Assembly (NCBI GenBank): GCA_040767085.1
Contig: JAXGPF010000012.1
Location: 128,001 to 192,000 of the forward strand
Reading direction: 5' to 3'
DNA length: 64,000 bases
Origin: Kiritimatiellia bacterium
GTDB taxonomy: Bacteria > Verrucomicrobiota > Kiritimatiellia > JAAZAB01
Shown here one piece after another: positions 1 through 9,790 of this stretch (positions within the stretch are counted from its first letter, which is position 1; each line of letters begins with the position of its first letter). The notes under the pieces are model-generated. The model ran no database searches. It saw nothing but the letters and a program-made list of their open reading frames with translations, and was not told the origin of the DNA. A program made the translations under genes and the position numbers.

Positions 1-323
1 TGACGCCGGCGGGCGAATTCGCCGGCTATGCCTGGGTGCGCTGGAAAGATGTCAACACCGCCACCGGCAATTTCGGCATCTGCGTCCGGCCGGATTACCA
101 GGGTAGCGGCGCCGGCCGCGCCCTGATGGAGCGGCTGTTCGACATGGTGCGGGAAGCCGGTCCGCCGCGCGTCCGGCTGACGGTTCAAAAGGCCAACGCC
201 CGGGCCGTGGCGCTCTATCAGAAGCTGGGATTCCGGCTTGTGGAGGAACGCCAGCGCCATGCCATACCAGCGCTGGGGCTGCCGGCTGAGCCGGAGTACG
301 TCATGGAGCGCGCCAGCCGGTGA
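1..323 (+). CDS. GNAT family N-acetyltransferase (5' end outside window)
   Basis: Frame is open from the window start. Acetyl-CoA motif VRPDYQGSGAGRALM and N..A..LYQKLGF. Confidence 0.85.
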   Translation, partial: TPAGEFAGYAWVRWKDVNTATGNFGICVRPDYQGSGAGRALMERLFDMVREAGPPRVRLTVQKANARAVALYQKLGFRLVEERQRHAIPALGLPAEPEYVMERASR

Positions 324-411
324 TGGCTTTTGCCTTGCCCGCGGCGTTCTTCCGGTGTTACATTGTCCGTCAGCCGGGCGAGGGTGCCGGCCAAAACCTG
401 GCGGAGGCGGG

Positions 412-2022
412 ATGCGCAACCAAATTGAAGAAAATGCCTTGTTTTTAGGCCTGGATGCCAGCACCCAGAGTTTGAAACTGCTGTTGATCAACCGGCGGTT
501 GGAACCCGTGGCGGACGCCGCGGTTAACTTCGACGAGTCCCTGCCGGAATTCCAAACCGAGCATGGCGCGCACCAGCACGCGGATGGGCTCACCGTCACG
601 GCCCCGCCGCTGATGTGGGCGGCGGCGCTGGAACTGGCCCTGGATAAATTGCGGCGGGCGGGAGCGCCATTGGACCGCGTGGCCGCCCTGTCGGGTTCCG
701 GCCAGCAGCATGGCAGCGTCTGGCTGCGCCGGGGCGCCGGCGCGGTTTTGAATAATCTTGATCCTGCGCGGCCTTTGCGCGGACAAGTGGCGGAGATTTT
801 CGCCCTGACGGAGTCGCCCATCTGGATGGACGCCAGCACCGCCGCCCAATGCGCCGCGCTGGAGCGCGCACTGGGCGGACCCCAGGCGCTGGCGGACTTG
901 ACGGGATCGCGCGCTTATGCGCGTTTCACCGGCAACCAGATTGCCAAAATTCATGCCTTCAACCGCGCGGCGTACGAGGCTGCGGAACGGATTGCGCTGG
1001 TAAGTTCGTTCATGGCTTCCCTGCTGATTGGCGGATATGCGCCGATCGATTTCAGCGATGGCTCGGGAATGAACCTGCTGGATATCCGCGCCCGGCGCTG
1101 GGCGCCCGCGGCGCTGGCGGCCTGCGGCGATGCGCGCCTGGCGGAGATGCTGGGCGTGCCGGCGCCCGCGCATGCGCCGGCCGGCGTTTTGCATCCTTAT
1201 TTCGCGCAACGCTTCGGTTTCCGGCCGGATTGCCTTGTGATTAATTTTTCCGGCGACAATCCCTGCAGCCTCGCCGGCTTGCGCGTGCAGCAGCCCGGCG
1301 CCGTCGCCCTCAGCCTGGGCACCAGCGATACCTTGTTCGGTTCCACCGTCCGGCCGGCGCCCTCCGGCGCGGAAGGGCATGTGTTCGTCAGCCCGGTGGA
1401 TCCCGGCGCCTGGATGGTCATGCTGGTGCGCAAAAACGGTTCGCTCATGCGCGAGCATGTCCGGGACTTTTGCGCCGGCCGCTCCTGGGAGAAATTTAAC
1501 GCCTGCCTGCAAACCACCCCGCCCGGCAACCTGGGCCGGCTGGGATTTTATCACCTGTCCCCGGAAATTACCCCGCCTGCCGATCGTACGGGTGTTTTCC
1601 GGTTCGATGCGCAGGATCATCCTGTGCCGGCGTTGCCGCCCGCGGCGGATTGCCGGGGTGTGGTGGAAAGCCAGTTTTTGTGCTTGCGGGCGCACGCCGC
1701 CGCCATCGGATTGACGCCCGCCAGCCTGCTGGTCACCGGGGGGGCATCTGTCAATCGCCCGCTCGTGCAGGTCGCCGCCGATGTGTTCGGGACGCCCGTG
1801 CTGGCCGGCGCCCAGCCGGAGTCCGCGGCGCTGGGCGCCGCTTACCGCGCATTGCACGGCTGGCTGTGCCGGCAGCGCGGCGCATTTTTATCGTTTGACG
1901 AGGCCGTGCGCGGCGCGCCGGAATTTCAGGTCGTGGCGCGCCCGGATCCGGCGGCCGGCGCGGTTTACCGGGATTTGTTGCCGCGGTATATCAAGTTGGA
2001 AAAAAGTTTGTTCTCAACCTGA
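412..2022 (+). CDS. xylB: Xylulokinase, FGGY family, eukaryote-like (XYLB/XKS1-type)
   Basis: Motifs LGLDASTQSLK, SGSGQQHGSVW, SPIWMD, TGSRAYARFTGNQI, DGSGMNL, GDNP, SLGTSDT, KNGSL. Start placed at ATG 412 after GGAGG. Confidence 0.85.
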   Translation: MRNQIEENALFLGLDASTQSLKLLLINRRLEPVADAAVNFDESLPEFQTEHGAHQHADGLTVTAPPLMWAAALELALDKLRRAGAPLDRVAALSGSGQQHGSVWLRRGAGAVLNNLDPARPLRGQVAEIFALTESPIWMDASTAAQCAALERALGGPQALADLTGSRAYARFTGNQIAKIHAFNRAAYEAAERIALVSSFMASLLIGGYAPIDFSDGSGMNLLDIRARRWAPAALAACGDARLAEMLGVPAPAHAPAGVLHPYFAQRFGFRPDCLVINFSGDNPCSLAGLRVQQPGAVALSLGTSDTLFGSTVRPAPSGAEGHVFVSPVDPGAWMVMLVRKNGSLMREHVRDFCAGRSWEKFNACLQTTPPGNLGRLGFYHLSPEITPPADRTGVFRFDAQDHPVPALPPAADCRGVVESQFLCLRAHAAAIGLTPASLLVTGGASVNRPLVQVAADVFGTPVLAGAQPESAALGAAYRALHGWLCRQRGAFLSFDEAVRGAPEFQVVARPDPAAGAVYRDLLPRYIKLEKSLFST

Positions 2023-2031
2023 CAAGGATTG

Positions 2032-2367
2032 TTTACCACGGATGTCACGGGTAGCACGGATATGAGAGCTTCATATCGTCCATGTTATTAGTGTCATCAG
2101 TGGTTAAATCATCTGAATGGCAGAAAAAATTTACCACGGATGTCACGGGTAGCATGGATATGAAAGATTTATATCATCCGTGTTATTGGTGTTATCAGTG
2201 GTTAAATCATCTGAATGGCAGAAAAAATTTACCACGGATGTCACGGGTAGCACGGATATGAAAGATTTATATCATCCGTGTTATTGGTGTTATCCGTGGT
2301 TAAATCATCTGAATGGCAGAAAAATTTATTACGGATGTCACGGGTAGCACGGATATGAAAGATTTAT
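2032..2367. repeat. Tandem array of 97-98 bp palindromic units (3 full copies plus the left arm of a 4th)
   Basis: Units start at 2032, 2130, 2228 and 2325. Consensus tttaccacggatgtcacgggtagcacggatatgaaagatttatatcatccgtgttattggtgttatc(a/c)gtggttaaatcatctgaatggcagaaaaaa. Confidence 0.95.
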
Positions 2368-2726
2368 TACACGAAACGTTGAGTGAGCACATTATCGGCG
2401 CAGCTATGACTGTATTGAATGAATTAAAGCCAGGGCTGGATGAAAAGCTCTATGAAAAAACTCTGGTCATAGAATTGTTGGAACTTGGACATTCGGTCAA
2501 TCAACAGAAGGTTTTCACGGTGGAGTATAAGGGGCGTGAAATTGGCAGGCTGATTCCCGACTTGATTGTTGACGACCTTGTCATCGCCGATACGAAAGTC
2601 GTGTCAGCGTTCAACGAAACACACTGGGCGCAAATGATAGGTTACTTGGCGTTGACGGGAATGCGGCTAGCCTTGCTGCTGAACTTTAAATACGCTAAAC
2701 TGCAGTGGAAGAGGGTGGTGAGATAA
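2355..2726 (+). CDS. GxxExxY protein (PD-(D/E)XK nuclease-like family)
   Basis: GLDEKLY is the GxxExxY motif; also PDLIVDDLVIADTK, AQMIGYL, LLLNF. ATG 2355 (MKDLLHETL) is preferred over 2313, which lies within the repeat. Confidence 0.92.
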   Translation: MKDLLHETLSEHIIGAAMTVLNELKPGLDEKLYEKTLVIELLELGHSVNQQKVFTVEYKGREIGRLIPDLIVDDLVIADTKVVSAFNETHWAQMIGYLALTGMRLALLLNFKYAKLQWKRVVR

Positions 2727-2762
2727 TACAGCTATAGCGAGAATATGTTCAGGCTTTTTATG

Positions 2763-2862
2763 TCATCCGTGTTATCGGCGTCATCCGTGGTTAAAATATC
2801 TGAATAGCACCTTATAAAGAATATTTATATCATCCGTGTTATTAGTGTCATCCGTGGTTAAA
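2763..2862. repeat. Two right-arm copies of the palindromic unit downstream of the GxxExxY gene
   Basis: tcatccgtgttatcggcgtcatccgtggttaaa (2763-2795) and atttatatcatccgtgttattagtgtcatccgtggttaaa (2823-2862) match the right half of the 98 bp unit. Confidence 0.92.
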
Positions 2863-2917
2863 TCATCCGCCGGTTTTGCGTGGCGGAAGGAAATGGCGGA
2901 AAACAGACAGGGAAAAC

Positions 2918-3841
2918 ATGCAAATCGAAAAAATCAGCTTCAATGGCTGGCGTAATTGTATCCGGCTGCGCAATGCGGACATGGAACTGGTGATTACCAC
3001 CGATGTCGGGCCGCGCGTCATCCGCTGCGGCTTCATCGGCCAGCCTAACCTCTTCGCGGAAATTGCCGGCCAGCAGGGCGGCGCCGGCGAGCCGGAATGG
3101 AAAATCCGCGGCGGCCATCGCCTGTGGATCGCGCCGGAAGACAAGACTATTTCTTACGAACTGGACAATGTCCCGGTGTCCTGGCGGACGGTGGATGGCG
3201 CCGTGCTGCTCGACCAGCCCCCGGGGCCGGCCAGTAAAATCAGCAAGCATCTGGCGATCCGGTTGGACGATCGGCGGAACCAGGCGCGCGTCCGGCATAT
3301 CCTGCGCAACCGCGGGGACGCCCCGTGCCGGGCGGCGCCCTGGGCTTTGACCGTCATGCCGCCGGGCGCCCGGTTGATTGTTCCGTTGCCCCCTAAGGAA
3401 ACGCATGGCCGGGACAACCGCTTCGAGCCCAACCAGATCTGGAGCATCTGGCCCTGCACCGACCTGGCGGATGGCCGCTGGCAATTCGGTTCGCGCTACC
3501 TGTTCTTCCAGCAGCGGACGGACCGTGATGCCGGCAAGCTCGGCATGTCGCTGCGCGAAGGCTGGGTGGCCGGCCAGTTGCCGGGCGGCGTCTTTGTCAA
3601 GCGTTTCGACTGGCTGCCCGGCGCGGTTTATCCGGATGGCAATGTCAATTTTGAAACCTTCGCCAACCGCGAGATTCTGGAAATTGAAACCCTGGGGCCG
3701 CTGGTGGAATTGGCGCCGGGCGCCGAAGTCGTCCATGAGGAGACCTGGGAACTGCTGACGCCGCTGCCGCCATTGCAGACGGAGAAGGACGTGACCCGGC
3801 ATTTGCGGCCGTTGGTGGCGCAGTCCGCCACGAACGCTTAA
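2918..3841 (+). CDS. Conserved hypothetical protein, likely galactose-mutarotase-like supersandwich (DUF4380-like)
   Basis: GW.N...L.N...ELV.T.DVGPRVI, GGHRLWIAPE, LEIETLGPL..L.PG....H.E.W pattern. Confidence 0.6.
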   Translation: MQIEKISFNGWRNCIRLRNADMELVITTDVGPRVIRCGFIGQPNLFAEIAGQQGGAGEPEWKIRGGHRLWIAPEDKTISYELDNVPVSWRTVDGAVLLDQPPGPASKISKHLAIRLDDRRNQARVRHILRNRGDAPCRAAPWALTVMPPGARLIVPLPPKETHGRDNRFEPNQIWSIWPCTDLADGRWQFGSRYLFFQQRTDRDAGKLGMSLREGWVAGQLPGGVFVKRFDWLPGAVYPDGNVNFETFANREILEIETLGPLVELAPGAEVVHEETWELLTPLPPLQTEKDVTRHLRPLVAQSATNA

Positions 3842-3862
3842 CTTGCCGTTGAAAGGAACTGC

Positions 3863-4642
3863 ATGCCTGCCCGGATTTTAATTTGCAATGATGACGGAAT
3901 TTACGCTCCCGGCATCCAGGCGCTGTACGAGGCGGTCCGCGACCTGGGCGAGGTGACCGTGGTGGCCCCGGAAACCGAGCAAAGCGCCGTCGGCCACGCC
4001 ATTACCATCGCCAATCCGATCAAACTCCGGCCCGTTACCCGCAATGGCGGATTGCAGGGGTATGCCGTTGGCGGCACCCCGGCCGACTGCGTCAAGCTGG
4101 CGGTCAGCGAGTTGATGCCGGCCCGGCCGGACCTGGTGCTCAGCGGCATCAACCTGGGTCCGAATGTCGGCATCAGCGTTATCTATTCCGGGACAGTGTC
4201 GGGGGCGACGGAAGGCGCCATTCTCGGCATTCCCAGCATCGCGATTTCACTGGCCTCTTTTCAAAATCCCATTTGGGAGACCGCGGCCCGGGTGGCCCGG
4301 CAGATGGCGCGGCGCGTGCTGGAGCATGGGCTGCCGCCGGATACGCTGCTGAATGTTAATGTCCCCAACCAGCCGCTGGAGCAGATTCGGGGCTTCCGTG
4401 TAGCGCGCATGGGGCGTTCGCGCTTTGCGGAGGTGTTTCACCGCCGCGCCAATCCGCGGGGTGACATTTATTATTGGCTGGACGGCGAATTGGAAATGCT
4501 GGGTGATTTCCAGGGTACCGATGTGCAGGCCGTCGCGGAAAATTACGTGGCCTTGACGCCCATCTGGTTTGATTTGACCCGGACGGAGGCCCTGGACGGC
4601 CTGCGCCAATGGCATCTGCCCTGGCCCCCGCCCGCGGTCTGA
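3863..4642 (+). CDS. surE: 5'/3'-nucleotidase SurE
   Basis: ILICNDDGIYAPG, APETEQSAVGH, GTPADCV, SGINLGPN, YSGTVSGATEG. Confidence 0.97.
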   Translation: MPARILICNDDGIYAPGIQALYEAVRDLGEVTVVAPETEQSAVGHAITIANPIKLRPVTRNGGLQGYAVGGTPADCVKLAVSELMPARPDLVLSGINLGPNVGISVIYSGTVSGATEGAILGIPSIAISLASFQNPIWETAARVARQMARRVLEHGLPPDTLLNVNVPNQPLEQIRGFRVARMGRSRFAEVFHRRANPRGDIYYWLDGELEMLGDFQGTDVQAVAENYVALTPIWFDLTRTEALDGLRQWHLPWPPPAV

Positions 4643-4648
4643 GGCGAT

Positions 4649-4683
4649 TGCATGCGCGCCGGCCGCCGGCCGGCGCGCATGCA
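4649..4683. terminator. Perfect 16 bp GC-rich hairpin between convergent genes
   Basis: tgcatgcgcgccggcc-gcc-ggccggcgcgcatgca. No U-tract. Confidence 0.55.
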
Positions 4684-4710
4684 CCTGTGAATTTGCCGAA
4701 TTGCGGACGA

Positions 4711-5445
4711 TTAAAGTGCAACACTCAGGCCGGAAATCAGGGCCAGATCGTTCCTGTCCTTCCCGGCCGCCGGCGTGTTGTTGTATTTGTCCTGGAATAC
4801 CACGCGGAGCTTCAGGCGCGAGTTGAGGGCTGCTTCCGCGCCAACCTCGGCGTTGAAGAGATATTGGTCGAAATCGTCAGCCTTGGGCAGGTATTCCGCC
4901 GCCTGCCATAAATTGGCGGTGGGGCTCAGGGCAAAATCCATCCGCTCGCCCAGGCGCAAGGCCAGGTAATCTTCGCTGGCGCCGTCAAGTTTCTCGGCAA
5001 TGTACGCCGGGCCGGCTTCGATGGAAAAGGTCAGCCGGTCGTTCTTGACCACGTACGCGCCCGCGCCGGGGCTGACGATCACGCGGTAATCTACTTTCGC
5101 GATGTCGTCATACAGCGCGGAGGCGTCCAGCGACGCGAATGTCCGCGGACTCAGCGTTTTCTTGACGTTGCCGTACCCGCGCACGTTTTCGATGGTGGTC
5201 TCGTTTTTGTCTTCCACCTTGCTCTCGCCGTAATTGCCTTCCACGCCCGCCCGGTAGGACCCCAGCCCTTCCTTATCGCCGAAACTGACGATGCTGCCGT
5301 TCAGCAGCATGGTATCGCTGTTACCGTCAGTCAACGTAAAACCAATATTTAGGGTATTGGTGATAAGCGAGGGGGCGGCCTCCTGCGCCAGGGCGGCGCC
5401 CGCGGCGCCGCCGATCAAAACCATTGCAAGCATCAACTGTTTCAT
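4711..5445 (-). CDS. DUF481 (YdiY-like) outer-membrane beta-barrel protein
   Basis: Signal peptide, G...T.GNSDT, D....VDYR, alternating beta-strand pattern, C-terminal YNNTPA.G..D...SGL. Confidence 0.85.
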   Translation of the reverse strand: MKQLMLAMVLIGGAAGAALAQEAAPSLITNTLNIGFTLTDGNSDTMLLNGSIVSFGDKEGLGSYRAGVEGNYGESKVEDKNETTIENVRGYGNVKKTLSPRTFASLDASALYDDIAKVDYRVIVSPGAGAYVVKNDRLTFSIEAGPAYIAEKLDGASEDYLALRLGERMDFALSPTANLWQAAEYLPKADDFDQYLFNAEVGAEAALNSRLKLRVVFQDKYNNTPAAGKDRNDLALISGLSVAL

Positions 5446-5480
5446 GATGTTTTTTATCCTTTTTTCGTTTTAATCCAACC

Positions 5481-5822
5481 TCAGGCTTTCTTTTCCGCCG
5501 CTTCCTGTTTCCGCCGCATCGTGTTTAAAGCCTTGACGAGCAGAAACACCGCCCAGGCAATGATCAAAAAGTCCACGATCGTCTGGACGCATTTGCCGTA
5601 ATTCAAGGTGACGGCCGCGGCATCGCCGGCGGCGGCTTTCAAGGTGACGGCCAGGTCGGAAAAATTCACGCCGCCCAGCAGCAGGCCGATAGGAGGCATG
5701 ATCACATCGTTCACCACGGACGTGACGATTTTGCCGAAGGCGCCGCCGATGATAATGCCGACGGCCATGTCCACAACATTTCCTTTGACCGCGAATTCGC
5801 GGAATTCACTCATCATGCTCAT
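5481..5822 (-). CDS. mscL: Large-conductance mechanosensitive channel
   Basis: [39 protein letters not shown].....DFLIIA. Confidence 0.97.
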   Translation of the reverse strand: MSMMSEFREFAVKGNVVDMAVGIIIGGAFGKIVTSVVNDVIMPPIGLLLGGVNFSDLAVTLKAAAGDAAAVTLNYGKCVQTIVDFLIIAWAVFLLVKALNTMRRKQEAAEKKA

Positions 5823-6046
5823 ATGGATGTCTTTCTTTTACTTGTTTATACGGCCCCAGGCGGGCATCTGGCCGCAACCAAGGGCGGTCAGCCACTGACC
5901 ACCGGATCTGTAATCAATCGAATATTGTCGGCCCTCCTTTTCATCGCGGCGCTCTGATTTCCGGCGCCTGGCCGCCGCGCCCTGAATTTCCGGGCTGCGG
6001 CGGCGTGGGATTGATCATTTTTTGTTAAAAATATTCAGACGGCGGT

Positions 6047-7582
6047 TCAGGCTCCGGTTGCCGGACTTCCCGCGTGCAATTCCTGGAGGAGTTTCAGGGT
6101 TTCCTCCACGAGTTCCTGGCCGCCCTGTGGCGATACCAGGTTGCAGAACATGCTGGCGCTGTAGCCCTTGCCCCAGGCGCCGCGTTCGGTGCAGAGGTAG
6201 GTGCCGCCATCTTCGCCGGGCTGGCCGGCCAATTGAATGATGAAAGTCTGCGCGAACGGACTGCGCGCCTGGATGCGGTGCTGGAAGTCCATGTACAACT
6301 CGAACCGGTTGGAGGCGAACGCAATTTCGCCCAGCCGGATCACGTGCAGTTCCATGGGTAATTTGGGGTTTTGCCGCTGTTCGCGGTATCGGTTAATGAC
6401 GCGGATGAAGCGGTTGCGGCTGGCTACCAGGATGGAATTATGGCGCAGGCATTCCTTGGGCGAACCATCCGTCTTGAATGGTTGTTGCATCAACTCCGCC
6501 AGGCCGTTGCAGGCGTATTGGTATTCGTCATCGGCGATCAGTCGCCGGCTTAAGTTCACCGTGGCCACCGCGTGGGCCAGCGGGAGGTCGGTCCGGATGT
6601 CCTTCCGCGCCCAGGCCAGCACTTCGTCGAAGGCGGCGGCCGCGCGTTCGGCGATGTCCCGGCGGGCGGCCAGTTCGGTCTTCAAATCGCCGTATTTGAG
6701 CTTGAAACGGCGAGCCTGGGCCTGGTTGTAATGCAGGATGCGCGGAGCCAGATCCCCGCCGGCGGCGCACTGGGGCAGGATGAAAATATCGCCGTGCCGC
6801 TGCCGGATGGCCGCGCGCACATCGTGCCAGTAATCGGCCGAGAGCTTGTATTCGGACTCCGAATTCTGCGAAGGGCAGGGGATATTGATGATTGCGCCCG
6901 TGAGTTTGCCTTGCAGGTCGAAGGTGTAAAGCAGGTTGACGAAATGGTCGGCGCCCGCCTCGTAATGGCTGAAATTGGGATCGTTGGTTTTGCCGTACAT
7001 CATGGCATGGCCGTTGACGCTGCTGCGGGAATTGGACACGGCGCCGGGCCGCCGGGAAGTGTCGTCGAAATACACCACGCGCCGGCTGTGGGCGACCACC
7101 GCGTAGCCGTAGCCGTAGGCCACGCCGGCCGGGGCGCGCCGGGCATAGGCTTCACAGACGGCGCCGGCCGCCTGGTCGGCCAGGAAATGCCGGTAATCGT
7201 CGCTGGAGGCAATCTCGATTCCCGCCTGCGGCACCTCGCTGGCCATGGGAGTGGAAATATTGTTGTTAAGATCGCTGGCGCGGTCGGCATAATGGCTTGG
7301 GCCGGTGTGGGTGTGGGTGGCGTTCATTAAAATCTTCGCGGTGGGGATGGCGGGATTGCCCTGCCACGCGGGCGCGCACTTCATCCAGCAGCCTGGAACG
7401 GATCACCACCAGGTCGGCGGAAAGGAAAAACGGCCAGGTCGTTGCCATTGTCAATGACGAGGGCGGTCACCGTCACCGGATCGAGGACGCCTTCGGAAAT
7501 CCGCATGTGGAACTGGCCGGGGATATTAATCGGTTTATCCGTGGTGACATCGCGCGAAGCCCAGCCGATTTTGAGGGTTCAT
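6047..7582 (-). pseudogene. Neutral ceramidase-like amidohydrolase with about three frameshifts in its 5' end (or sequencing errors)
   Basis: AAGGA RBS and ATG at 7582. LKIGWASRDVT...DPVTVTALV, FLSADL and NATHTHTGP lie in different frames (shifts near 7575, 7427, 7362). The remaining ~435 codons are intact. Confidence 0.7.
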
Positions 7583-7618
7583 GAATTTGATCCTTGGTGG
7601 TGTAAAAGTGTCCGGCCT

Positions 7619-8179
7619 TTACCATGAAACACCGGTGATGTCACGCTGAACTCGCCGGCGGCGGGCCTGGATGTAACGGCCGGCCAGCAGGCAAACGCAG
7701 AGGCTCGCTAACACCAGCGCCGGCCAGCGCGCCAGCCAGGGCGTCCGCCACCAGTTCACGCCGTTGAAGCGGTAATCCGAGAGCGGGAAGAAAACCGGCG
7801 GCAAACCGTCCATGCGTCAGCATATCCGTGACAATATGCAGCGGCCAGGCCAGCATGGCCAGCGCCAGCGGGCGATGCCAGCGCTGCAGCCAGAACGCAC
7901 AAGCCGGCGATCAAAACGCCAGTGGGTCAGGTTATACAGCGTGAAAATATACGGCGGGACGGCATGCCAGCCCATGTGTCCATGCCGGATGACATGGTGG
8001 GCCAGGTGCAGGCCGATGAAGCCAGGTCCGGGAAAATGCCGAAAAACAAGGCTGCGCCGAAAGTCCAGTCAATCATTCGCGGCCGGCCGTCCCGGCCGGG
8101 ATTGGCCGCGCCGGCCGCCGGCGAGCCTTGTGCGGCTGCACAGGGTTGCCCCCATCAAAGCATGTGTGAGTATGTCCAT
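7619..8179 (-). pseudogene. Membrane-bound metal-dependent hydrolase (YdjM-like), multiply frameshifted
   Basis: Fragments MDILTHALMG, FGIFPDL, YNLTH, LHIVTDMLTH and FPLSDYRFNGVNWW occur in changing frames. Confidence 0.65.
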
Positions 8180-8205
8180 GATTTATCCTGCCGCTCGGGC
8201 CCGCT

Positions 8206-9722
8206 TCATTCGCTCCGCCGGCCGCCATAGACGCGCAGGGCGTTGCCGCGCAGGATCTGGACCAGAGCGGCATCCGGCTGCGCGAACCGAGCGCAACGCC
8301 CAGTTCGCAGCGCGGGTCGAACCAGTCGACATCGGTGCCGAAAATGATTCTCTCCGCGCCGATGGCGCCGGCAAAGGCGTCCACCATGCCGTTGTGAAAA
8401 TAGTCGCCGGCCAGGTCCACGTGCACGTTGGGGAAGTCGCGGCACACCTGGACCGTCGCGGCGAAGGCCGACGGCCGGCCGCCGGCATGCCCCAGCACGA
8501 AGGGCGCGCCTTGCAGCCGGGGCAGGTGTTTACGGAAACGGTCCGGGTGCCCCTTGAATTGTTCCGGATTGTAGTCGGAGATTTCCCAGCTATGGGTCAT
8601 GATGGTTTTGCCGGACGCGGCGGACAGGTCGAAAATCCGGGCGTAGGCATCGTCATCCGCCGGCGCCTTGTGGGTTACCGGGTGAATCTTGATGCCGGCG
8701 CATGCCGGGTCGGCCAGGGATGCGCGCACGCGTTCGAAATGCGCCGCATCGCCGCGGGGATGGAATATTTCCAGGTAGCGAAACCGGTGCGGCGCATGCC
8801 GGCGCAGGCGGGCGGTGTAATCCCGGCAGGTGATATGGGGATCAAACAAGGCCTCGCCGGGGATGAGATACAATTGCTCGAAAGCGATGGCATCCATGCG
8901 CTCAATCCAATCCGCGGGCGTGAAATTCACGTCCGGCGTCGGCATGTTATATACATCCGGCGCACCGGGCTGGAGGTTGTGCGCATGGGCGTCAATGATG
9001 AAGGGCGGCGGCGCCTGGAATTCAATCGCGGACGGATGCGTTTCCGGCAGCCCAAGCAGCCGGCGCAGGTTGTTGCCCGCAATGGCGCATTTGGTCTGCC
9101 AGTCGAATTCGCCCATGATGACCGGCGCCATGGCGGCGTCAGCGGAAAACAGGGGCAGATGCGAACCGTACAGCAATTTGCCGCCTAGCCCCATGGCGAT
9201 CAATTCTTCGTGGCCGCGCCAATTGCAGAAATTATAGGTGCATAGATAAACATTAGGACAGGCGCGCAGAATTTGTTTTACGGCCGTGTAATGGTAAATC
9301 AGTTTGCGGGGGCCGGACTCTATGATGATCTTGAGGGACGGGCGCGCCTGGGCCAGGCTTTGGATTGCGGCGAAATCCAGGTCGGTATGCAGGATCGCCA
9401 GGGGCATGCCGGCCTGCGCCATGCGGTCAAAAAGCGCGCCGCAGGTCTCCGGCCGGAAGGCGCGCGGTGCCAGGCGCAGCAGCCGGACGCCATCCGCGTC
9501 CCGCAGGCGGGGGAGGCTGGCGGCAAGTTGCGGGTCAGCCGGGGCTGCCTTGGCAAAATCGGTCTGAATGGGTGCGGCCTGTGTCGGAAAAGCGGCGGGC
9601 TCCGCCGGCCAGACCGACGCATCCAGCCAGGGCAGGGCATTTTTGACTTTTTGATAGGACTGGCGGAGCGCGGCGAGGCGGGCCGGAATATCCGCGCCGG
9701 CGGTTTCGGTATTGGATTGCAT
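8206..9722 (-). CDS. Amidohydrolase_2 family protein with two tandem domains; one frameshift near 8280
   Basis: LLYGSHLP...IAGNNLRRLL, then IIDAHAH, GIKIHP, LGHAGG, IIFGTD. The expected terminal ILRGNALRVY is in another frame ending at 8206. Confidence 0.8.
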
Positions 9723-9790
9723 GCGGGAAGGCCCTTTCGTTGAAAGAGGGTTCACACGGAGTGGAGAGAATCCAGAATAAAGAAATTTAT

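Larger units (their letters stand above)
2032..2862 (+). mobile_element. Putative GxxExxY-associated palindromic mobile element with tandem empty copies
   Basis: AT-rich island directly after the xylB stop in GC-rich DNA. A nuclease-like gene is bracketed by inverted arms. Mobility is inferred, not shown. Confidence 0.55.

Noticed and set aside
2313-2354. N-terminal extension MAEKFITDVTGSTD of the GxxExxY ORF
   Set aside because: It is translated repeat sequence, in frame only because this unit has one fewer A. ATG 2355 gives the typical family length.
2032-2367. Array as a CRISPR or other guide array
   Set aside because: Units are nearly identical along their whole length with no unique spacers, and there are no cas genes nearby.
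5481-5822. mscL as truncated
   Set aside because: Both transmembrane helices are intact; it only lacks the variable C-terminal cytoplasmic helix.
7812-9188. 458 aa plus-strand ORF
   Set aside because: Antisense to the amidohydrolase and YdjM-like genes; no motifs.
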